In this document: in pieces, positions 24,848 to 35,674 of the stretch
Layout of the letters: every line of letters begins with the position of its first letter
Numbering within the stretch: the stretch's first letter is position 1
DNA from: Lepidodermella squamata
Lineage: Eukaryota > Animalia > Gastrotricha
DNA: 64,000 nt
Assembly (NCBI GenBank): GCA_047495785.1
Contig: JBLDXI010000002.1
Span: forward strand, 806,001-870,000
Reading direction: 5' to 3'
The notes under the pieces: generated by a model
What the model was told of the DNA's origin: nothing
Seen by the model: the letters and a program-made list of their open reading frames with translations, nothing else
Database searches by the model: none
Translations under genes and position numbers: made by a program

Positions 24848-25612
24848 ATGCAAAGCCGGTTGATTTACGTTGCTTTGGTTTTAAGCCGACAAATAAGTGG
24901 CGGCTCGATGCAGCAACCAGTCCAGCAGTCTTTCTACTTTTCAAATGTTCCCGGAACTGAGTTTCAATGGTACGCGAACGCTCATGAAGTACCAACAATC
25001 GAAAAGACGGTATTAACACCTCAAGCCTATAAATTAGGTAAAAAGCTGTTCATTTCCAAAGTTCCGGACAGCGATCTAGCCCCGATCGAGATTGAGCTGG
25101 GAGAACGGTTTCGTTTTGGCGCTAGAAAGTTGATTTTCGACAGGATGTATGCTGAAGAACAGCAGCGAAAAAAGAACATAGTTTTCTATGTTGGAGTTAC
25201 GCTTCTTTCGCTAGCAATATCAGCCGGGTTCACGGCTTTAACCGTATTTGTCCGAAACAAAATATTCGAGTCGATATACCCTCAACCTCCGGTTGTAACG
25301 CAATCTCTTGACCGTGATTTTCGTTTGAGGTCACTTAGTACGAACAGCCATGGCGGCATTGAAGGAAGGATCGGCGAGGCGGAGGAAGATTACCAGCTGG
25401 CTGGCAGGATTGCTTCGAACTTCGTGGATGCAGATGTCTCAGGAATTACGACAAAACTTCTCAGTGAAGATCAATTCCCAATTGTCAGCAGTTACGTTGA
25501 GCCAAATTATTCTGAAGCTAGTCTGGACACGTTTTTAAACTCTGTTATTATGAACGACCGGAGCTACGATTTGAATGACATCGTTTCTCAAAATAATAAT
25601 CTTTTCTTTTAA
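24848..25612 (+). CDS. Uncharacterised intronless membrane protein, family member B
   Basis: FDRMYAEE, TM IVFYVGVTLLSLAISAGFTALTVFV, GIEGR. Confidence 0.8.
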   Translation: MQSRLIYVALVLSRQISGGSMQQPVQQSFYFSNVPGTEFQWYANAHEVPTIEKTVLTPQAYKLGKKLFISKVPDSDLAPIEIELGERFRFGARKLIFDRMYAEEQQRKKNIVFYVGVTLLSLAISAGFTALTVFVRNKIFESIYPQPPVVTQSLDRDFRLRSLSTNSHGGIEGRIGEAEEDYQLAGRIASNFVDADVSGITTKLLSEDQFPIVSSYVEPNYSEASLDTFLNSVIMNDRSYDLNDIVSQNNNLFF

Positions 25613-25781
25613 TGTAAATCAAATAAAATCAGCATAGCTAGATTTTTACTCCACCCCCCTCTATGTCGATGAGTATTCTTTAAATGACTTTTCTTAGACA
25701 TTAAAGTAAGTTTCAAAAAATCCACCATAAATTATGTAATCTTCATTATTGTTGAACAATTCTTGTTATCGATGATTGACA

Positions 25782-26501
25782 ATGCAAAGCTGCCTCCAGT
25801 GGATTTATATCGCTTTGCTTTTGAGCAGACAATTTCGCCGAGGCTTAGCATTCCAATGGTACACGAACGGTAATGATGTAACTGAAGTCGAAAAATTGGA
25901 ATTGACGCCAGATGTCTATCGTTTGGGTAAGAGGCTATTTCATTCTAAAGTTGCGGACAGCGATCTAACGTTCATCGAGCGTGAGCTGCGAGATCGATTC
26001 TCTATTGACTCGAGAAGGACAGTATTCGACAGGATGTATGCTGAAGAACAGCAGCGAAAAAGGAAAATAGTTTTCTATGTTGGAGTTACGCTTCTTTCCC
26101 TTGCGATCTCGGCTGGGTTCACTGCTTTAACCGTCTTTGTCAGAAACAAAATAGTCGAGTCTATATACCCGCAAACCCCGGTGGTGATACAATTTCCTGA
26201 CCGTGATCTTCGTTTGAAGGCACTCGGCTCAAGCAGACACGCCGGTATTGAAGGACGACTTGGAGACCTGGAGGAAAATAATCGGCTGGTTGGCAGGATT
26301 GCTTCGAACTTCGCGGATGAAGATGTCTCAGGAATTACGACAAAGCTTCTCAATGACGATCAATTCCCAACTGTTAATAGTTATGTGGCATCAAATTATG
26401 TCGGAGCTAGTACGGACACTTTTTTAAACTCTGTTTTTGATAATGACCGGATGTACGACATGGACGACTTTATCTTGCAAAATCGCAGCCTGTTCATTTA
26501 A
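25782..26501 (+). CDS. Uncharacterised intronless membrane protein, family member C
   Basis: Clear paralog of B and D; ATG at 25782. Confidence 0.8.
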   Translation: MQSCLQWIYIALLLSRQFRRGLAFQWYTNGNDVTEVEKLELTPDVYRLGKRLFHSKVADSDLTFIERELRDRFSIDSRRTVFDRMYAEEQQRKRKIVFYVGVTLLSLAISAGFTALTVFVRNKIVESIYPQTPVVIQFPDRDLRLKALGSSRHAGIEGRLGDLEENNRLVGRIASNFADEDVSGITTKLLNDDQFPTVNSYVASNYVGASTDTFLNSVFDNDRMYDMDDFILQNRSLFI

Positions 26502-26723
26502 TAAAAATAAAAATCGCTATGCATATTTCGATTATTTTCCGCGTTGATACACTCCTAAAATCAGTTTTAATATCTGTATATATTCGAGTATTCGAGGATC
26601 CAGCGAAATTTATTGCAGGTCAACCTACTGTATTTTTGCTAGGGATTCTCTTGGAATTGGCTTGCCAGTAAACTCAACATTGTCCTCCCAACTGAGAAAA
26701 AACTTGGTGGCGCTTTTTTTATG

Positions 26724-27629
26724 GCACATTTCCCCATCCGCCGGTGTTTCCTCCGCGCGCGCGCTCCTATTGGCTGGGCCTTGTTGCGCAACAACTAAGA
26801 TAATTACAGCCTTCGTGCGCACGGACGAGAGCAAAGACGACTGCGCCCTGCGCTCAGTCAGCGAAGGCTTTCAAGAAAATTAAATTAAGGCAGATTTTGT
26901 TGTCACAAAATTTGACAAAATTTGGATTATCATGTAATTTATTCTTATTTACATATCGATTGAATAGAAAATAGAAAATAGTGAGCGCGCAAAATTCAAA
27001 TTTTACCTAACGAATTGCGAAAGCGCGCACCGTTAGCACGAGCTATTTTCGGTGAATTTGGGGTAATTTCATCAAAATATAGTTTGAGACTCTAACATTT
27101 GATTTTTTCGCGCAACATCGCATTGATTGAAAAATGTGTCTTACCCTTAGAAGTTTGTGCGTTTGAAAAGTTACCGCTCATTATCGGAGCCGCTTATAAT
27201 ATGGGGTGGATGTAAAATTTCCTTAGAATGATCAAAACTCAAGCGCTTCTAAAAATACAGAAAAATTGCGATTTCAAAAAGCTACATAATATAATGATGA
27301 TTCATGATTGTGCGATTTTATTTTGCTTGGAAATATTTTTAAGCGCCCTGTCGATTGTAGGGCATCATTCTTTCTCGCTATATTCTTGATTTGAAATTTT
27401 TCGGAACTTGGTACTAATTGAAAAATGTACTCTCGATGCGCGCGTTTCACTGGACTTGTTCAATTCGGGCTAGCTGACTTGTGGTTTTCTTGTGATTTTG
27501 CAGCGCGCGCGTAGAAAGCTGCAATTATTTGTTGCGCAATAAATGCGCGCGACGTGCGGTTACGCGTAAATTTAACCGACCAATAGGAATGCGCGCGCGG
27601 AGGAAACACCGGCGGATGGGGAAATGTGC
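26724..27629. mobile_element. Non-autonomous Mutator-like element
   Basis: About 50-bp TIR GCACATTTCCCCATCCGCCGGTGTTTCCTCCGCGCGCGC...; 9-bp TSD TTTTTTATG (26715-26723, 27630-27638). Confidence 0.85.
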
Positions 27630-27745
27630 TTTTTTATGATAAATTTACCTTAAACATTCAACTCAAAATAAGTTGCAAAAATGCCACCTTAAAAAATGGA
27701 ATCAGCAATAATAACGGTACAAATTCTTATTATCGATGGTTGACA

Positions 27746-28516
27746 ATGCACAGATTTTTCCATTTCATTAACATCGCTTTGCTGTTGAGCCCACAAATAC
27801 GTCGAGGCATATTACAACCTTCAAGTTCGAAAGAAATCCCTAAAGATCCAAGCATCTTGTTCGAATGGTGGGAGAAAGGTTATGAAACAGACAATATTGA
27901 TTTAATGGTATTGACGCCGCAGACCTATCGTTTAGGAAAGCGGCTATTTCATTCCAACCTTGCGGAAAGCGATCTAACGCCCGCCGATCTTGAGTTTCGA
28001 GAACGAATTCATTTTGGTTCTCGAAAAGTTGTTTTCGATAGGATGTATGCTGAGGAACAGCTTCGAAAGCAGCGAAATAATAAAATAGTGTTCTACGTCG
28101 GAGTTACGCTTCTTTCGCTAGCAATCTCAGCCGGATTCACGGCATTAACCGTATTTGTCAGAAATAAAATAGTCGAGTCGATATACCCTCAAACTCCCGT
28201 TGTAACGCAATCTTTTGACCGTGATCTTCGTTTGAGGTCACTTAGTACGAACAGCCATGGCGGCATTGAAGGAAGAATCGGCGAGACGGAGGAAAATTAC
28301 CTGCTGGTTGGCAGAATTGCTTCGAACTTCGCAGATCACGATGTTTCGGGAATTACGACGAGACTTCTCAATGACGATCAAATGCCGACTATCAGCAGTT
28401 ATGTTGTGCCAAATTTCTCCGAGGTTCTTCACGACAATTTTTTGAGCTTTGTTTTTGCAAATGACCGCAGCTACGATTTTGATGTTTTACAAAATGACTC
28501 TCTGTTTACGTTGTAA
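27746..28516 (+). CDS. Uncharacterised intronless membrane protein, family member D
   Basis: Paralog of B and C; ATG at 27746 by alignment. Confidence 0.8.
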   Translation: MHRFFHFINIALLLSPQIRRGILQPSSSKEIPKDPSILFEWWEKGYETDNIDLMVLTPQTYRLGKRLFHSNLAESDLTPADLEFRERIHFGSRKVVFDRMYAEEQLRKQRNNKIVFYVGVTLLSLAISAGFTALTVFVRNKIVESIYPQTPVVTQSFDRDLRLRSLSTNSHGGIEGRIGETEENYLLVGRIASNFADHDVSGITTRLLNDDQMPTISSYVVPNFSEVLHDNFLSFVFANDRSYDFDVLQNDSLFTL

Positions 28517-29158
28517 TCAAAAATAAAAATCATCACTGTTAGATCATTTCCACTACTGATACTTCTGTTCATTGAATGTTCACAAGAAATTGTTTTTTTT
28601 ATCCAGAATGATGATATACCTTTCAGCAACGCCAGAGATCGCATCGCTGCCGGTATTTTTTGCTGCATCGCCGTGCTAAGCATATTAGCATGATTCATCT
28701 TACGTAAAACTCATACTATCAAGATGAATCATCGCACCGCTCATACTGCGGTTTCATTCTGATAATGACTTATACTGGCTTCAGATTAAGTGCACAATGG
28801 GCCAAACCTCCATTTTCCTTCACTCTCTCCTATTTTATTATTCGAATAATCATTCTCAATTTATTATCACCACTTGTAGAACTTATTGCTTGCTGGCGTT
28901 GTGTAAGCGCGAATTTTTGTGAATGTAGGAAATACTGCTCTTACTGGGATAAGGCTCTAGCTCTTTTTTTCTTCGATTGAAAAAGTTGAATCGAATCAAT
29001 GCATTCGAACTTTCGTTTGTAACTCGTTCTATTTTGACTGAGCATATGGCCAAGTGCCAATGCGCCGCATTTTTTTGCAAAATCAAGAAGCAAACACGAG
29101 TTTGTGAGCCGCTCTTTAACTATTTATTTTTCCACTTCTCTAGTGGTTTTAATCGATA

Positions 29159-31629
29159 ATGAGCGGCAAGAAACCGTTTCACGATTGGTACTCCATCCCT
29201 GGCAATGCTCGAAGGGACATTGAGAACATTACCAACGATATCAAGAAGCGTAGTGGCAAGGACGTCTCTAAAAAGTGCCACGACCGAATTTGCAACGGTG
29301 TCTACCAACTGGAAGAAGAGCCTGAATCTTGGCCGGCTGCCCTAACTAAAATCGTGAATTCTCTCGAGGAAATTCCACCTGGTCTGAAGGCTTCGCTGCT
29401 CCGCGACCGTAAATGGACGTCACCAGGCAGTGCTTGGCTATCGTTTCAAGATGCGGTCTCCAAAAAGTTGAATGAAGCCTCGAACGCTGCGAAAGCTTTC
29501 GCTCGCTCTGTTATGGGTTATCTGCGCGATAATCGTGAGAAGAAGGGAGAAGACAATGGAACTCCCTTGGACGAAAAATCAACGCTACGTGAAGAAGATC
29601 TCGCTGAGCCTGATGCCGGAGATAAGGGCGATGTTCAAGCTGAGGAAAAACCTAAGATTTCGGTCCACGTAAACGCGCGCAACAAGTCTGCCGAAGCTTT
29701 TGCCGCCGATGCATCTGCCTCAGCAGATGTCGCTGAGGTGAATGCGCTCAATGCGTCGGCGAAATTCGGGACAGCGAGTGCAACGGCCAATGCTACCGGA
29801 GCCGAAGCCAATGTGTTGAACGCATCGGCCAGTGCCTTGACCGCTCAAGCATCTGCAAGTGCTACTGGCGCATCCTTCAACGCTGGCAATGCTTCAGCCC
29901 AAGCTGGAGCGGTCAAGGTTGGGGCGCATGCAACTGGAGCGTCCGTCAACACCTTCAATGCAACAGCCGAGGCTGGGACTGCTTCATTTCAAGCATCTGC
30001 CCACGGTTTGCAGGTCAATGCTTTCAACGCGTCAGCTCGAGCTGGAACGGCCAGTGCTGCGATCGATGTCGGGCCCTCTGTCAGTTGCTTCAATGCTTCA
30101 GCTTCGGCTGGCTGTGTTAGTGCAAGCTCAAATCCATTGGCCGTCTCTTTCGGAAACGTATCTCTTGGTGTTGGAACTTTCAGCGCATCCCCGGCTATGT
30201 TAAACCCGTTAAACTGGTTTAACATCGGCCTGGGCTTTGGAGCTGGAGGCGGTGGAGGCGGCGGGGGTTCCAGCGGCCAATCCGGCGGTGATAACGCAAG
30301 TGGCGGGGCCAGTGGAGATCCTGGAGCTAGTTCCGGTGGCAATCAAGGTTCCGGACAGAATGGAAACGGAGGAGCTGGTAACTCTGGTAATCAAGGCGAT
30401 GGTAACGTCATTGCTCAATGGATTCGGGCTCAGGAAGAGAGGCTACAGCAGAGTTTCCCCAATCGTCATTATGACGGTAAAGGAAACGTCTACCACAACG
30501 GCAAACTCGTTAAGGTAGCTGGAACTCGAAAAGGGGGCTTAGCTCGACTGCCAGACTACGTTCCTCGCCACACTACCCCGATACCCGGTGAACCAGCTGA
30601 CAACGATACGCCCGACCCCTTAGGGATACCCGGCGATAAAGCTGAGGCGGACAAGGTGCTAAGCAATATGAGGTGTCCTGATGGCTCTCAGGCAGCCGAT
30701 GGCGATGTTAATCCAACGAGTTGTGCGACTTGGGCTCAAGTCAGTTCGACCTGTGCAACAGATTTGCGCATAGTGCAAGGCGTCGATAATTCAAACTTGG
30801 GCAAGGTGCTTACGTCGCAACTGATCCAGCCTGGCACTTTCACAACGGTTGAGATTGCCGAGGGATCCAACCATTTCTTCATTGCTACTGGCCAACCTAA
30901 TGACCAGGTGCTGATAACCAACGCTTGGCAGGACGTTCATGGCATCCGGAATGAGCCTCTTATCCCGCGGGATGAATTCATAAAACACATGGAAACGATG
31001 ACTTCACCGCAAGCGACTGGCGATCAGCGTCAGGAGTCGATGCAGCGATTGTTCAACGTTGAGAAGAAGGATATCGGTGACATGGGGAAGAATCGGCCTC
31101 TTAGAGTGAAGTAAGTTTCCCTGCGCTTCACAATGGTTATATCTCCAATTTTCATATGATTAGAAATGTTTATCACGGCCGAGTTGGAATTCCGTTCGTA
31201 GATCGCCCAGGTGCTAATCGAAAAGTCCCTGGTACTGGCTACACTCCGTACACGAAAAAACCCGTGAATGACGTGGGAGATTTGCCTCCTGTCTATGTGA
31301 AGAATGGCGATAAGAAGAAATCAGGGAAGAAATCGAATTCCAGCCAGAAGCGAGAGCTCAACATCCCTGATGGCGCTCTGGAGCTTGCAACGGCTGCAGC
31401 TGGAGCTGAAGGCTACACTTTTGAAGAGCTTCGTGATGCAGCTCGAAATGTGGCTTCAAACTGGGCGGAAAACGAGGAGCAGGCGGTTGAAGAGCTGGAA
31501 AAGACCGAACTGTGTGGCTTTTGTAAGCCAAAAGGCTCGCCTCACTGCTTGAGCTGCCTTAATGGAAATGGCAGTAAGAAGATTGTCAAGTTGCCCGGTG
31601 ATGGAAACATTCATGGCTTTGGGAGCTGA
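29159..31629 (+). CDS. 805-aa multidomain toxin-like protein (23-aa Ala-rich repeats, Gly linker, papain-fold-like domain, C-terminal CxxC-x7-CxxC); exons 29159-31110, 31164-31629
   Basis: A 53-bp phase-2 GTAAGT...TAG intron joins the two track ORFs. Domain calls come from motifs SCATW and NHFFIATG...LITNAW. Confidence 0.75.
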
Positions 31630-32007
31630 TTATTTTGACATACATATCTCTTTCGTTATTTAGTAAAACTATGCAAAAATGTACAAGCATGAACTTTGAT
31701 CTATCCACTTTGGGAATCTGCTCTTACTTACAGCGCCGGTTGAAATTTACCGTTAAACTAGTCCGAAATGATGTTTGATAACTTTAAATTCGTGCTCCGA
31801 AGGTCGATACTGATAAATAAAGCAATTTGAGTGATAAATGTTGATGAAATTTGAAAAAATTGTTCCGTTCAATCGATACAGTGAAATTTGGGTCATTCAG
31901 ACTAAACAGTAGCCCACATTTCGAGCCACTGAAAACATATAATAAAATCCTCCTTAAGTAACCGAAAAGCTCATTTATAACAGAATTGAGTAATATGTTG
32001 CCTACTT

Positions 32008-32853
32008 ATGCGTTTTCTCCTCGGATACCTTGGGATCTTGTTGCTCCTAGTGCGACGCCGCTCAGCTCAGTCGAGGTATCCAGTTGTTATCAACAAATTT
32101 TCCTATGATTTCTCCGCTGATGCTACTGGCAAGTTGGACCCGGAAATCTATCGGCTCGGTGTTGACTATTACAAGCGCAAACTCCCGCCGAATCATTTCA
32201 CTCCTTTCGAAAGGAAAATAATCAAGCAGCTGGGGGAAGGCGAGAAAAAGAAGATGTTCGAAAGAATGTTCGCTGAAGGCGACGCTGTTGACTATCGCAA
32301 TCCCAACAAGCTAAAAGTTATCACTTTTTATGAACCGCCCAAAGTCCAAACTCCCAAGCCAAACAGTGAGAAAAAATCTCAAGGTGTTTGGCAAAAATTG
32401 AAGAATTTCGCTAAAAATAACTATAAAACGGCCCTGATAATTGTAGGAGTTGTTGCGTTCGCGGCACTTATCTACGCAGGCGTGTCATTATTGAGAATGG
32501 CTTTAAATGACAATCAACAATCGGACGTTAAGAGAAATGACGACATTCGAATAAATGCGGACAGAGAAGCGCGTTTAACCTTGCTGCAAGTCAATTCAGG
32601 GAAAATCGAAGGCAGAAGTTATTACCAGAACGCAGATTACTCTCTACTAGGTCGCCTTCTGGAAACAGCGGACGATCTTAGCGGAAATTCCTTAGATTCA
32701 GACTTAGCCAACCCAGATAATTTTGGTACGATGCAGATCGCGATCCACCCTGACTTGGCAAGCATTTCCTCGGATACTTTTCTCAAAATGGCTAGCCTTA
32801 CAACTTCCGATTATGGTGAATTGTCAACCTCAGATTTTAGCGCGATTCTTTAG
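32008..32853 (+). CDS. Uncharacterised intronless membrane protein, family member E
   Basis: LDPEIYRLG, FERMFAE, central TM, GKIEGR and DTFL motifs shared with A-D. Confidence 0.75.
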   Translation: MRFLLGYLGILLLLVRRRSAQSRYPVVINKFSYDFSADATGKLDPEIYRLGVDYYKRKLPPNHFTPFERKIIKQLGEGEKKKMFERMFAEGDAVDYRNPNKLKVITFYEPPKVQTPKPNSEKKSQGVWQKLKNFAKNNYKTALIIVGVVAFAALIYAGVSLLRMALNDNQQSDVKRNDDIRINADREARLTLLQVNSGKIEGRSYYQNADYSLLGRLLETADDLSGNSLDSDLANPDNFGTMQIAIHPDLASISSDTFLKMASLTTSDYGELSTSDFSAIL

Positions 32854-33029
32854 ATAAATACTGTGTTTGAAGCCAATAAATTTCAATAAATTGCATTTAG
32901 GGTTGACAGAACTCGAAAGAATAAAAAGCGTACCCCTGAATCCTGAAAAGTCCTAAAAACTTGTAAAAACTAGAGTGTGCCAATTTATGTTTAGGGTTCT
33001 AGCGCTAAATTTGAGACTCAAGCACTGGA

Positions 33030-33340
33030 TTTCCCCTGAATATGGCGATAAGAAGAAGGTGTTCGATCGAATGTACGCTGAAGGCAAGTGGCCGGTCTTT
33101 GACCATCAAGATCCCAGCCAGCCCAAAGCGTTCATTGCTCATGGGAAAAATTCGCGCCAAATAGCCCTCAGCCAAATAGCCAGATAAAACCTCCGAGTAT
33201 TATACCGAAATTGAAAATTTTGCCAAAAATCACGGTGAAGCAGCCCTGAAAATTGCAGCAGTGGTTGTAATCGTGGCAGCAATTGCTACAGCCGTGGCAT
33301 TTTATCATCAGATTTTAGCGTCATTCTTTAGAAAATACAC
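33030..33340 (+). pseudogene. Relic of the same membrane family (closest to E)
   Basis: GDKKKVFDRMYAEG followed by a frameshifted TM (ALKIAAVVVIVAAIATAVAFY); no intact ORF. Confidence 0.6.
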
Positions 33341-33534
33341 GGGAAACAAATCTTTGGTCAGAATAAAAAAAATCAAACAATTTCGGTTTTGTTCCAAATT
33401 CCGAAAGACAATTTTGAGACGCGGAAATGAAAATTCTCTTTAATTTCTTTCCAGCATTACTTTTATTGAATATCATTTTAAATATAAATTACAAGCATCT
33501 TTGTTTCATATCACTTGAAAGTCTCAGTTTTTGG

Positions 33535-34282
33535 TCAGACACCGCCAATCAAATGGTTGTAGCCATACGAGCATTTGTAGTAGCAGTCCTCTCGCGAATC
33601 AAAGTTGTTCTGATTGCCTTGAGGTCCCTGATAAATCATCAACAGAAATAAGAAACTATTACGGGTGATTCAAGTCTTACATAATAGTCGAATGGGTAGC
33701 ACAGGCCAGATGCCAAGTCGTAGTACCACCGACGGCGTGGCCGACCATTCCCATTACCGGAGACCACGCGTAGCCGGCAGAATCTAGGCAGCAGCAAGCG
33801 GAGGCACTCATCGACTCGACGATTGCTGGGGGCGCGCTGTTCCAGGGTCTGAGCTTGTTCGGGCGTTACGTCAGCTGGGCCTTGCTTCGGGCCAGTATCA
33901 CTTTCTTCTCGGTAATTGCCAATACAGCCCTGGTAGCAGTTGCGATAGCTCGCCCACATGTTCCAGTTGTTGTAGTTGTTCACGCAGCCCTGTACGACAA
34001 ATTGAAGATGAATAACGAAAATCTAGGATTTCAGGAAATAACCTTGTACTGATAGGACTTGCAAGTCTTCGAACGCCTGTCGTAGTACCAAACTTGAGGA
34101 TTCGGGTTGCCAGGGCAGTTCGAAGAGAAGTCTGTGTTCTTCGAGCATTTCTGATTTTGGTACCAGCCGCCACCGCCATAGCCACCACCGCCACCGCCGC
34201 CTTGAGCTGTAGCCAAGTCGCAAAAGCTCGCTAGAATTCCAACGGCCAAAAGAGCCGCCAAGCTACTCGGAGATAAAGCCAT
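33535..34282 (-). CDS. Secreted two-domain atypical Kunitz protein with Gly-rich N-terminus; exons 34282-34043, 33989-33681, 33627-33535
   Basis: Signal peptide; WYYDRRSKTCKSYQYK|GC; WYYDLASGLCYPFDYY|GPQGNQNNFDSREDCYYKC. Phase-0 introns. Confidence 0.8.
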
Positions 34283-34429
34283 TACAAATGATGATGTTTC
34301 ACTTGAATAATTTCGAATCTTTTATAGCCATTATCTCAATTATTGCCAATTCAACTGCGCATTTTCGATTTTGATTTAATGAGAACAATTTAACAAAAAT
34401 GTTTTTTTTTTATTTGAAAGACATCAAAA

Positions 34430-35626
34430 TTATTCGGCAGTATCAGAATCACTAGCCGTTGCGTCATGATCTTCATCCTGGTCCTGTTCACTCATCGACG
34501 TCTCCATTTTAGGCGACTCGTTTACTAAAGGTTTCTCGATTAAAGCCGAATGAAGAATCTCATCCAAGTGTTGAATCACCATTTTAACCGCCTCGGGCTC
34601 TTGTTGCGGCTTGACCGAAAGAAACTTCGCAATAGGAGGGCGAAGGTCGAGTTGCATTAGCTCCTCATCGTTTAAAGCTTGATAAGGCGCACAGGTGCAT
34701 CGAGGAATCCAGTGAACTGCTGTCAGAGGCCAAGTTTGAATTCCTTGTTTCTGGCTAAGCCATGCATGGGCCTCGGCTACAACGCGGTTGATAGTATCCG
34801 CATCAAAGCTCTTCACTTCATTTCGGAACTTCTCCAGATCACAGAGGGCTTTGAACATCGCAATTTCATCTTCAATGCCCAACTTTTCTTTGAAAGAACG
34901 ATGAGCCGCAGCGGCTAGTTTTGATTGGAATGTTTCAGGGCAAGCAGTTCTCGGCTCGAATTCCTTGACGAAAGACTTGAGCTTCTCCTCGTCTTCCGTT
35001 GACAACTTGCCCAGGGCGCGATGGGTGACAATTCTGGCGCAATGAGCTGCGTTTGACATGAAAATTCCGCACAGCTTCTGCGCCTCTCTCGTGTCGTAAT
35101 TCTCGGTTTTAAGGACAGGCGGTAACACTTGACCAGCCTCGCGTTGGAAAAACGCCTTAACCTCATCGAAAAGCCGATTCCTGGAATCAGACGCCGGCTT
35201 CTGCAGCAGCTGGTCAGACGATGACGTGCGTTTCGTCATGTTGATAGGCTGGATGTTGAGCATTGAAGGCTGTCGCTTCTCGCGCATACCGGCTTTGATA
35301 CACTGCTCGAAACGGCACTTCCGGCAACATTTTCGCCACACCTGGCCGCTTATGGTGAAGCTTGACTGAACAGAGGCGTTACACATGCTTTCGTCGTGTT
35401 CCAAAGCGTTCTGCGAGGCAACTTGCCGCAGGTAGAACCGCTTACAGGCCTCGCAGGCCATAACTCCACAGCGCTTCTTGCCATCAGTTTCCGTGAAACA
35501 GACCTGAAAAAAATGATGAAAGAATAATTGATTTGTTATGCCTGGTATCTAAGCAAGTACCTGGCACAATGATCTGCCGATATTTCCAGGATTAGGGCTG
35601 AATTCAGCGAAATTGTTGCCTGCCAT
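34430..35626 (-). CDS. Divergent nuclear-receptor-type zinc-finger protein; exons 35626-35561, 35503-34430
   Basis: CQ|VC...GVMACEACKRFYLR...C...RKCCRKCRFEQCIKAGM. Helical C-terminal region with no clear canonical LBD signature. Confidence 0.8.
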
Positions 35627-35674
35627 TTTTCTGGTGACAATGCAAGGCTATATTTTTGTTGATAAAATTGAGTA

